A DNA stretch of 32,000 bases from Clostridiales bacterium (GTDB lineage Bacteria; Bacillota; Clostridia; Saccharofermentanales; Saccharofermentanaceae). The notes below the pieces were generated by a model. The model was not told where the DNA came from. It saw only the letters and a program-made list of their open reading frames with translations, and did not search any database. The position numbers were made by a program, and so were the translations under genes. Position 1 is the first letter of the stretch; each line of letters begins with the position of its first letter. The stretch is from the NCBI GenBank assembly GCA_017478485.1, contig JAFVDI010000036.1:2747-34746 (forward strand). Reading direction: 5' to 3'. Of the stretch, positions 25,072 to 32,000 are shown one piece after another.

Positions 25072-25674
25072 ATGATTGGTTACGCAAAAATAAGACCAAA
25101 TGATGAAAAGGAATCTGTGTCGGCGCTTTTTCAGCCCTATCGCTGCGAAAAAATCATAATTGACGACTCACACAATCCTAAAGCCGAGGATAGCATTTGG
25201 CAAAGATTAAAACAGGAAATCTTCTCGTCGGATGATCGTGATTTGATAGTCGATTCATTGTTTAGTCTTGGAAAAACCGGTCGTGAAATCTCCAAAGAAC
25301 TGGAGTGGGCATATTCTAACAATATAAAATTGTATATCATCACCGTCCCTTCAACTTTTGAGAACCAACCCTTTGCCAATAAACTGCTTGTTGAGTTGTA
25401 TAGGGATAAAGCCTCTTTAGAGCGTAAAAATGTTGCAGTAAGGCAAGCCGAGGGTCAAAGAAGCGCTACGGAAGCAAATGTTAGATTTGGACGTCCAACC
25501 ACACCATATCCTGCTAATTGGGAGAAAGATTATGCTGCATGGCGCAATAAAGAATTGACAACAAATGACTTTATGGAAAGGTCCAAACTCAAAAAAGGTA
25601 CATTTTATAACCTGATAAAGCGTTATAAAAATGAACTTAGTACCCAGAATCAAGACACAAAAGAATTAGTTTAA
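25072..25674 (+). CDS. serine-recombinase (resolvase/invertase) fold protein lacking the catalytic residues, with a C-terminal HTH
   Basis: The start abuts the upstream stop (TAA 25069-25071, ATG 25072). MIGYAKIRPNDE replaces GYARVSTxxQ, and LFSLGK replaces LDRLGR. The E-helix (ERKNVAVRQAEGQR...VRFGRP) and HTH (GTFYNLIKRYK) are retained. Confidence 0.75.
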   Translation: MIGYAKIRPNDEKESVSALFQPYRCEKIIIDDSHNPKAEDSIWQRLKQEIFSSDDRDLIVDSLFSLGKTGREISKELEWAYSNNIKLYIITVPSTFENQPFANKLLVELYRDKASLERKNVAVRQAEGQRSATEANVRFGRPTTPYPANWEKDYAAWRNKELTTNDFMERSKLKKGTFYNLIKRYKNELSTQNQDTKELV

Positions 25675-25696
25675 ATCACACAAAATGTTACCTAAG

Positions 25697-25724
25697 GCCC
25701 TCGGGATTGACCCGGGGGCTTTCT
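25697..25724 (+). terminator. rho-independent terminator closing the two-gene cassette
   Basis: GCCCTCGGG (25697-25705), loop ATTGA, CCCGGGGGC (25711-25719) with one G-U pair, then TTTCT. Confidence 0.7.
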
Positions 25725-25770
25725 CATATGCTTGTTTTCAAGCCAAAACACAGCAAAGGAGTTAAATGAA

Positions 25771-27420
25771 ATGCCACAAATCAATAAAGTGGAACGCGAC
25801 CACAATATCAGGCAGGTATCGCGTTTGGATGACATAAAACCTGCTACAGAGAAATCAATAACAAAAGTTGTCCCGATTATTGATCAAAAATCGGGACAAT
25901 CTGATCTTACGGCAACTATGGATGCCGCAAGGAGAACCGGTATATCCGCCATAAGGCAGGCAAGGTCACTCTCAGGCAGTTCAGATAAAACCGAAGATCA
26001 GGAAGCGATAGACAAGCTTGAAGCCTCCGCCCGTAACGCTTCCAGAGAATCCGCGATTGCTGCCAAAGAGTCTCTCAGAAGACAGATAAAAAGAAAAAAG
26101 CCGGATATCAAGACGAGTGACCGATCGATCCATAAAGCTGACCGCATTAGAAAAAGCTCAATTGAAGCTTCGCAAGCAATCGTCAAAAGCGCGACAGAAG
26201 TAGCAAAGCAGGCTGCTATTGCTTCTCATAAGGCTGTTTCAGTGAGAAGGACCGAGCAAATGGCTAAGAAGTCCGCTGAATGGGTCAAAAGGATCGTCAG
26301 GGGCATAATCGAAAGCACCAAACAGCTCTTCAGTACATTGGGCGCCGCCGCTGTGCCTCTTATGCTGATACTTGTCCTTGCAGGCATGGTCGGCGGTATC
26401 GTCGCATCCTCTTTCGGCATTTTCTTTGTCGGTAATCAGTCTGGCAATAAAACAAGATCTCTTCAGGATGTCATTCTAAGTATCAACTCGGAATACAACA
26501 ATAAGATCGAAAGCATAAAAAAGAAAGTCTCTCATGATGAGCTCACTACAGAAGGTTATCAGGCACCCTGGTCTGATGTTCTCTCAGTCTATGCCGTCTA
26601 TGTCACGACAAAGACTGAAGATGCGACAGATGTGGTTCATATCACGGACGCCAATGTAAATGTACTTCGAGACATATTCTGGAAGATGAACTCAGTGACT
26701 TACACAACCGAAAAGGTTACCGAAAAGAAAAAGGTCCCGGTGCTAGACGAGAAAGGCCAACAAAAGAAAGATGCAGACGGAAACCCAGTCTATACCGAAA
26801 AGAAGATAACCAAGACCATTCTTCATATCAAGACAACTCACAAAACAGCAGAACAGCAAGCCGCTGCCCTCTCCTTCAATGTAAAACAGCTAGCTGAGCT
26901 AAAAGAACTCCTAGATGTTAAGAACGCTTCACTATGGGCTCAGATCCTCAAAGGCATTGGTTCAGGATCGAATGAACTGGTAAACCTCGCTTTATCGCAG
27001 CTTGGCAACAAAGGCGGCGAAAAGTACTGGAGATGGGCCGGGAGCAGCAAGCGAATTGCCTGGTGCGCCCTTTTCGTATCTTGGTGTGCTGATAAGACCG
27101 GGCTTAGAGCTTCCGGTCAGATCCCTTACTTCTCTTTTGTCGGTGACGGTGTCCACTGGTTTAAGACAAAAGGAAAATGGATCAAAGGCTCTGATGTCAA
27201 CAGTACCAACTATGACAAGCTCATCCGTCCGGGCATGCTCATCTTCTTCGACTGGCTTGAAGACGGCAAGCGAGATGGTCACGGCGATCATGTGGGAATT
27301 GTCACTAAGGTCGCAAATGGTCGATTTTATACGGTTGAAGGTAACAAGGACGATAAAGTCGCAGAAGGTTCTTACCCTGTTGGCAGCAAAAGTATACTTG
27401 GATTTGGAATAGTTGGATAA
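25771..27420 (+). CDS. conjugation-associated cell-wall hydrolase with a C-terminal CHAP domain
   Basis: ATG 25771 lies 9 nt after AAAGGAG. TM segment AAAVPLMLILVLAGMVGGIV. CHAP motifs IAWCALFVSWC (Cys) and GHGDHVGIV...TVEGN (His). Confidence 0.88.
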   Translation: MPQINKVERDHNIRQVSRLDDIKPATEKSITKVVPIIDQKSGQSDLTATMDAARRTGISAIRQARSLSGSSDKTEDQEAIDKLEASARNASRESAIAAKESLRRQIKRKKPDIKTSDRSIHKADRIRKSSIEASQAIVKSATEVAKQAAIASHKAVSVRRTEQMAKKSAEWVKRIVRGIIESTKQLFSTLGAAAVPLMLILVLAGMVGGIVASSFGIFFVGNQSGNKTRSLQDVILSINSEYNNKIESIKKKVSHDELTTEGYQAPWSDVLSVYAVYVTTKTEDATDVVHITDANVNVLRDIFWKMNSVTYTTEKVTEKKKVPVLDEKGQQKKDADGNPVYTEKKITKTILHIKTTHKTAEQQAAALSFNVKQLAELKELLDVKNASLWAQILKGIGSGSNELVNLALSQLGNKGGEKYWRWAGSSKRIAWCALFVSWCADKTGLRASGQIPYFSFVGDGVHWFKTKGKWIKGSDVNSTNYDKLIRPGMLIFFDWLEDGKRDGHGDHVGIVTKVANGRFYTVEGNKDDKVAEGSYPVGSKSILGFGIVG

Positions 27421-27447
27421 CGAGTCACTAAAAGTTTACAAACAGCA

Positions 27448-27484
27448 CTCAGACTGCCTATTTGGATAGTTTGAGAACTTTTTC
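27448..27484 (+). terminator. probable terminator after the hydrolase gene
   Basis: CTCAGACT (27448-27455) pairs with AGTTTGAG (27468-27475) with one G-U pair and a 12-nt loop, followed by AACTTTTT. Confidence 0.45.
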
Positions 27485-27542
27485 ACTTGTTTCTACGAGG
27501 TTGTATGCTGAGAGCATAATGTCAATTTTTTCTTATTTATAA

Positions 27543-27597
27543 TATAATCCGTATAATCCGAATATCCGTTGAGTGCTATTTGTCCCATTAATGGACA
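27543..27597 (+). promoter_or_regulatory. tandem 9-bp repeats containing TATAAT plus an imperfect palindrome, upstream of the DUF262 gene
   Basis: TATAATCCG (27543-27551), TATAATCCG (27552-27560), AATATCCG (27561-27568). Palindrome TGTCCCATTAATGGACA (27581-27597). Confidence 0.5.
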
Positions 27598-27656
27598 CAA
27601 GAAGATAGTAGAATTTGTTTAGTAATAAAAACAAATTTGGCCAAGGAGGAATAAAA

Positions 27657-29396
27657 ATGTCTAAACTAGTAGTTGATCAGAAAACGGTTTATGAATTGTT
27701 TGGCAACAAAAATGCATACTTCTTGATTCCCGATTATCAACGTCCCTATGCGTGGGATGAAGTTGAATGTCAAACCTTATGGAATGATATTTTCTCCTTT
27801 GCAATACCAGAAAACGACTATTCAAAATTCAATAATGATGACGAATATTTCTTAGGTCCAATCGTTACATTTGACAATAATAATAAAAAAGAAGTAATTG
27901 ATGGCCAACAAAGATTAACTACTCTGTTGCTACTTCTACGCGCTTTTTACTGTTCATTTGGTACAATGGCAGACGAAAATTCTCTTGCTACAAAACAAAT
28001 GATAGAAGCCTGCATCTGGAAGACGAACGAGTTTAACAAGCCCGATATGAATGTTTTGAAGATAGATTCTGAAGTAGCTTCAGATGAGCACAAGGAAGAA
28101 TTCCTCTCCATTTTAAAAACTGGAATCGTTGAGGACAAGATGAAGAGCAATTATGCTGTTAACTATCGGTTCTTTCAGAAGAAGATTGAGGAGTTCCTTC
28201 ACACATACCCAACATATTATCCCTATTTGCCGATACGAATAATGAAGAATTGCATCTTACTTCCGATTGAAGCAGAATCTCAGGATACTGCTCTGCGTAT
28301 CTTCTCAACCCTTAACGACAGAGGAAAGCCATTGTCTGATGCTGATATTTTTAAAGCCCAGTTGTATAAACACTATTCTCTTAAGGGAGAGAAGGATACT
28401 TTCATCAAACGTTGGAAGGCGTTGGAATCTAAGTGTAATGAAATCTATCATCCTATATCTGGTACTCCTATGGACGAGGCATTTACTCGTTATATGTATT
28501 ATGAGAGAGCCAAGATGGGAATAAAATCTTCTACCACAGAAGCTTTGAGAAAGTTCTATGAAAAAGACAGTTATGCTCTGTTAAAGAATGATTTAACATT
28601 CGACAACATTGTGGATCTTACAGATTTCTGGGAGTCTGTTTCGAAACAGGACGAAGAGAGATTCTCCGATGATGTGCTGAAAAAGCTGTTTATCTTGAAT
28701 TATGCTCCAAATGGTATGTGGACATACTTTGTTTCAGTCTATTACTTAAGCAATAAAGACAGAGGCGGATTGCTTGAAGAAGGGGCATTCCTTAGTTTTC
28801 TCGAGAAAACCATTGCTTTCATATGGACATATGCGGTAACCAATCCAGGCGTTAACTCTCTAAGAACCCCGGTATACGCAGAAATGATAAGTGTTGTAAA
28901 ACACGATAATGTTGATTTTGCGGATTATCTGTTTGATGAGAAAACAACGCGAACATCCTTTGATAACTATGTTTTTACAAACAACAGAGGTATTACAAAG
29001 TCAATGTTAACATGGTGGGCTTATCATAATAAGGATCAGAGTCTGATCCCTCTTGATACTACATTGGAAATAGAACATATTTATGCCAAAAATCGTTTTG
29101 AAAATGAGAAGTCTTTAAGCAATGCTGCTGTTATTGAAAAACTTGGTAATAAGTCTCTTCTGGAAAAGAGAATCAACATTCGTGCATCAGATTATAGATT
29201 CAACGATAAGAAAAAATATTATCAGGGGTTTGAAGGTTCCAGAGGATACAAGCCAGGAACTTGTATTTCTGATTTAAAATGTCTTGCTAACGCAAAGGAG
29301 AATTTTGAGGAAAAAGATATCAACAATAGAACTAAAGAGATCTTAGATGCTTTTTTTGAGTATTTAAAGAGTAATAGTTTGATTGCTTTAGCATAA
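27657..29396 (+). CDS. GmrSD-like DUF262/DUF1524 protein (putative modification-dependent type IV restriction enzyme)
   Basis: ATG 27657 lies 7 nt after AAGGAGG. DUF262 motifs IPDYQRPYAW and DGQQRLTT (27900-27923). C-terminal His-Me finger-like LEIEHIYAKN ... LGNKSLLEKRIN (H474 at 29076-29078). Confidence 0.85.
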   Translation: MSKLVVDQKTVYELFGNKNAYFLIPDYQRPYAWDEVECQTLWNDIFSFAIPENDYSKFNNDDEYFLGPIVTFDNNNKKEVIDGQQRLTTLLLLLRAFYCSFGTMADENSLATKQMIEACIWKTNEFNKPDMNVLKIDSEVASDEHKEEFLSILKTGIVEDKMKSNYAVNYRFFQKKIEEFLHTYPTYYPYLPIRIMKNCILLPIEAESQDTALRIFSTLNDRGKPLSDADIFKAQLYKHYSLKGEKDTFIKRWKALESKCNEIYHPISGTPMDEAFTRYMYYERAKMGIKSSTTEALRKFYEKDSYALLKNDLTFDNIVDLTDFWESVSKQDEERFSDDVLKKLFILNYAPNGMWTYFVSVYYLSNKDRGGLLEEGAFLSFLEKTIAFIWTYAVTNPGVNSLRTPVYAEMISVVKHDNVDFADYLFDEKTTRTSFDNYVFTNNRGITKSMLTWWAYHNKDQSLIPLDTTLEIEHIYAKNRFENEKSLSNAAVIEKLGNKSLLEKRINIRASDYRFNDKKKYYQGFEGSRGYKPGTCISDLKCLANAKENFEEKDINNRTKEILDAFFEYLKSNSLIALA

Positions 29397-29412
29397 TAAT
29401 ATGGTGAAAACA

Positions 29413-32000
29413 ATGGGTAAGTTATCAGAATATGAAGTTGAAGAGATGTTCATAAACAAGCTGGAAAGCATTGGTTATGATTACATCGAATTAAATAATT
29501 ATACAGATGTGCTTAACAACTTTAGGTCGCAGCTGTGTAAGCTAAATGCTACAAAACTCATTGAGAAGAAAGGCATCGCCGAGTTGTCTCAAAAGGAGTT
29601 TGAGCGTCTTCTGATATATGTAGACAATAAAACTGTTTATGAATCAGCTAAGATTCTAAGAGACAAATATATCCTTCAGCTTGATAATGGTGAAACTGTT
29701 TATTTGGAGTTTTTTACACCTGATTCTACTCGTAATACTTATCAAGTTGCTCATCAGATAACAATGGATCCTGAACACAAGGATGATGTTGTCTATAAGA
29801 ACAGATATGACGTCACAGTATTCGTTAACGGTTTACCATTGGTACAGATAGAACTTAAAAGACCCGGCGTTGAGATTAACGAGGCGGTTAATCAGATTAA
29901 CAGATATCGCAAATTCTCTTTCAAAGGACTCTTTCATTATCTTCAATTATTTGTAGTATCGAATTCTGTCCAGACAAAATACTTCTGCAATGAAAATGAG
30001 ATGTTAAATGGTCAGCGAAGACCTATTCTCAAGAGCTTAGTATTCTTCTGGACAGACGAAAACAATGACAGAATCAATGATCTATCTGATTTCACTTCGG
30101 ATTTCTTCAGGAAGACATTTCTTACCGATATTATTTTCAAATATATGGTAATTAAAACTACCGAAGATACATTGATGGTAATGCGACCATATCAAATTTA
30201 TGCAGTCCAAGCCGCAAAAAAGAGAGTGCTTGAGGTTAATAAAGACGGATTTATCTTCGCTTGTACTGGTTCAGGAAAAACACTAACATCTTTTAAGCTG
30301 GCACAGTTACTGAGAGATGAAAACGCGGTAGATAGAGTTATATTCCTCATTGACCGCAAAGACTTAGATGACCAGACCATAGATGAATATAATTCGTTTG
30401 AGAAGGATTGTGTTGATAGAACCACAAACACTTACGCTCTGATCAATCGTTTGCGCGACAAATCACAGAAACTAATTGTTACCACAATACAAAAGCTTGC
30501 CAAGGCATCAAATAACAGTAAGTTCGATGAATTGCTGGAAAGCATGCGTAATGACAAAGTCGTTTTTATCATTGATGAATGCCATAGATCTCAGTTCGGC
30601 AAGATGCATGCTGATATCGCTCGCCGCTTTGATAATGCCAACTATATCGGATTCACTGGTACACCTATTTTTAAGGAAAACAAAGGTAGCAATAATCAAA
30701 CAACAGCTGATCTCTTTTATGCCGGAGAAAATCTTGATTCGTGTCTGCATAAATATATGATCAAAAATGCAATAGCGGATGGAAATGTATTGAAATTTTC
30801 CGTCGAATACCAAAGATCAATTCTAGTTAAAAATGTTCAAGCAAAAGGTATTGATCCCGATAGGCTTGATGATCCTGAATACTGTCGGATACATAATGTG
30901 GATATAAATTCTTTGTATCATGACAAACAGAGAATAAGAAATATAGCTGAGCATATTTTTAAGAATCATCAGATACATGTTCATCCTCAAGGCGAGAGTG
31001 TATATACAGCCATGTTTGCTGTAGATCAAATACAAACGCTCGGAATGTATTATAAAGAGTTCAAACGACTTAATGATGAAGCTCCTGAAGATAAGAAACT
31101 CAGGATAGCGGCCATATTTACTTATCAAGCTAATGAAGATGTTGATGAAGATGAAGGTATGGATGAACACTCCCAAGAGTTATTAGACTCATGCATAGAT
31201 GATTACAACGACTTATTTGGAACATCATTCAGTACGGAAACTTTTGACTCATATCGAAAAGACATACAAAAACGCTTGAAACAAAAAGAACTTCCACAAG
31301 TAGATCTTTTGCTTGTAGTTAATATGTTCCTTACCGGGTTTGATGCTAAACCTTTAAATACGCTATATCTTGACAAAAACCTTATTTGGCACTCACTGCT
31401 TCAAGCATATAGCAGAACAAACCGTGTCGATAAAGCATCCAAACAGTTTGGACAAATCATCACATATCGTAATATAAAAAAGGCTCAGGACGATGCTCTA
31501 AAACTCTTCTCAGGTGACGGCAATCCGGATGAGTATCTTCTCAACAGTTATGAATACTATACAGAGGAGTGGAGAACAAAAACAGGCGAATTGATGAGGA
31601 TCGCACCGACAGCTTCGGAAGCTGGACATCTTCAATCAGAGGATGATATCAGAATGTTTGTTGTAGCTTTTAGAGCAGTTTCAAAAACACTCGCTATTTT
31701 GAAAACCTTCTCAAAGTTCGACTGGAAGGATCTTTCGATAGTACTTAGCGAAGATGAGTACGAAGCATATAAAAGTTGGTACTTATATTTCTACGACATC
31801 TTAAAGAAAGAACGTGAAACTGAAAAAGTTCCAGTCCCGGTTGATGTCGACTTTGACATTGAGCTGATAAGAACTGACAAGATCAACGTAGTTTATATCC
31901 TTAACCTTCTCAAAGAGGTCAATCGTAAGAATCCCGAAGAAATGCGACGTTCTGCAGATCTTATCCTTCGTGAAATAGAGCGTTCTGACAATGAAGCACT
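29413..32000 (+). CDS. hsdR: type I restriction enzyme R subunit (HsdR), 3' end truncated by the window edge
   Basis: I translated the frame by hand and it is open from 29413 (alternative start 29401) to the window end. N-terminal nuclease region RYDVTVFVNGLPLVQIELKRPG. Helicase motif I ACTGSGKT, motif II IIDECH (30574-30585), and also FLTGFDA and LLQAYSRTNR. Confidence 0.92.
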   Translation, partial: MGKLSEYEVEEMFINKLESIGYDYIELNNYTDVLNNFRSQLCKLNATKLIEKKGIAELSQKEFERLLIYVDNKTVYESAKILRDKYILQLDNGETVYLEFFTPDSTRNTYQVAHQITMDPEHKDDVVYKNRYDVTVFVNGLPLVQIELKRPGVEINEAVNQINRYRKFSFKGLFHYLQLFVVSNSVQTKYFCNENEMLNGQRRPILKSLVFFWTDENNDRINDLSDFTSDFFRKTFLTDIIFKYMVIKTTEDTLMVMRPYQIYAVQAAKKRVLEVNKDGFIFACTGSGKTLTSFKLAQLLRDENAVDRVIFLIDRKDLDDQTIDEYNSFEKDCVDRTTNTYALINRLRDKSQKLIVTTIQKLAKASNNSKFDELLESMRNDKVVFIIDECHRSQFGKMHADIARRFDNANYIGFTGTPIFKENKGSNNQTTADLFYAGENLDSCLHKYMIKNAIADGNVLKFSVEYQRSILVKNVQAKGIDPDRLDDPEYCRIHNVDINSLYHDKQRIRNIAEHIFKNHQIHVHPQGESVYTAMFAVDQIQTLGMYYKEFKRLNDEAPEDKKLRIAAIFTYQANEDVDEDEGMDEHSQELLDSCIDDYNDLFGTSFSTETFDSYRKDIQKRLKQKELPQVDLLLVVNMFLTGFDAKPLNTLYLDKNLIWHSLLQAYSRTNRVDKASKQFGQIITYRNIKKAQDDALKLFSGDGNPDEYLLNSYEYYTEEWRTKTGELMRIAPTASEAGHLQSEDDIRMFVVAFRAVSKTLAILKTFSKFDWKDLSIVLSEDEYEAYKSWYLYFYDILKKERETEKVPVPVDVDFDIELIRTDKINVVYILNLLKEVNRKNPEEMRRSADLILREIERSDNEA

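Larger units (their letters stand above)
863..27420. mobile_element. conjugative element backbone (ICE or conjugative plasmid segment, MPF-FA-like T4SS plus MOB module); partial, boundaries not determined
   Basis: Co-oriented parA/parB, MobC, relaxase, PcfB, VirD4/TraG, Maff2, VirB6-like, PrgI, VirB4 and CHAP hydrolase genes. No integrase and no att sites are identifiable in the window. Confidence 0.85.

Noticed and set aside
22946-25724. The cassette as an active resolvase-driven transposon or invertible segment
   Set aside because: The recombinase-fold protein lacks the nucleophile Ser and the catalytic Arg residues. I also found no terminal inverted repeats, res-like subsites or flanking direct repeats by eye. 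A decayed mobile origin cannot be excluded.
1-32000. Search for tRNA, rRNA, CRISPR arrays, IS elements and integrase genes
   Set aside because: I saw no cloverleaf-like or rRNA-like segments, no repeat-spacer arrays, no transposase- or integrase-like ORFs and no long terminal inverted repeats. Their absence is judged by eye only.

Overview
This window is most of the transfer region of a Gram-positive (Clostridia-type, MPF-FA-like) integrative/conjugative element. All backbone genes are on the + strand. In order they are: a small excisionase-family HTH gene behind a tandem-repeat array, parA/parB, a surface module (lipoprotein, a 1513-aa multidomain wall-anchored adhesin, sortase), a block of small unknown genes, a DUF3991/Toprim primase-like gene, a candidate oriT, MobC, relaxase, a lipoprotein, PcfB, the VirD4/TraG coupling protein, Maff2, a VirB6/TrbL-like protein, PrgI, the VirB4 ATPase and a CHAP cell-wall hydrolase. 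No integrase lies in the window and the element ends cannot be placed. Three visibly AT-richer accessory segments interrupt or flank this backbone. (1) 1-830 holds two small minus-strand genes. (2) 22.95-25.7 kb is a self-contained two-gene cassette between virB4 and the hydrolase gene. It encodes a fusion of a single-HKD phospholipase-D-family nuclease with an SF3 (D5/P4-type) P-loop ATPase, abutted by a serine-recombinase-fold protein that lacks the catalytic Ser and Arg residues. I consider this the best candidate for an undescribed system, probably defence or exclusion. (3) 27.4-32 kb carries a GmrSD-like DUF262/DUF1524 enzyme followed 16 nt later by a type I restriction HsdR that runs off the window. 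No rRNA, tRNA or CRISPR array was seen. All family calls rest on motifs read by eye from the supplied translations; no database search was run. Start codons were refined from RBS context.
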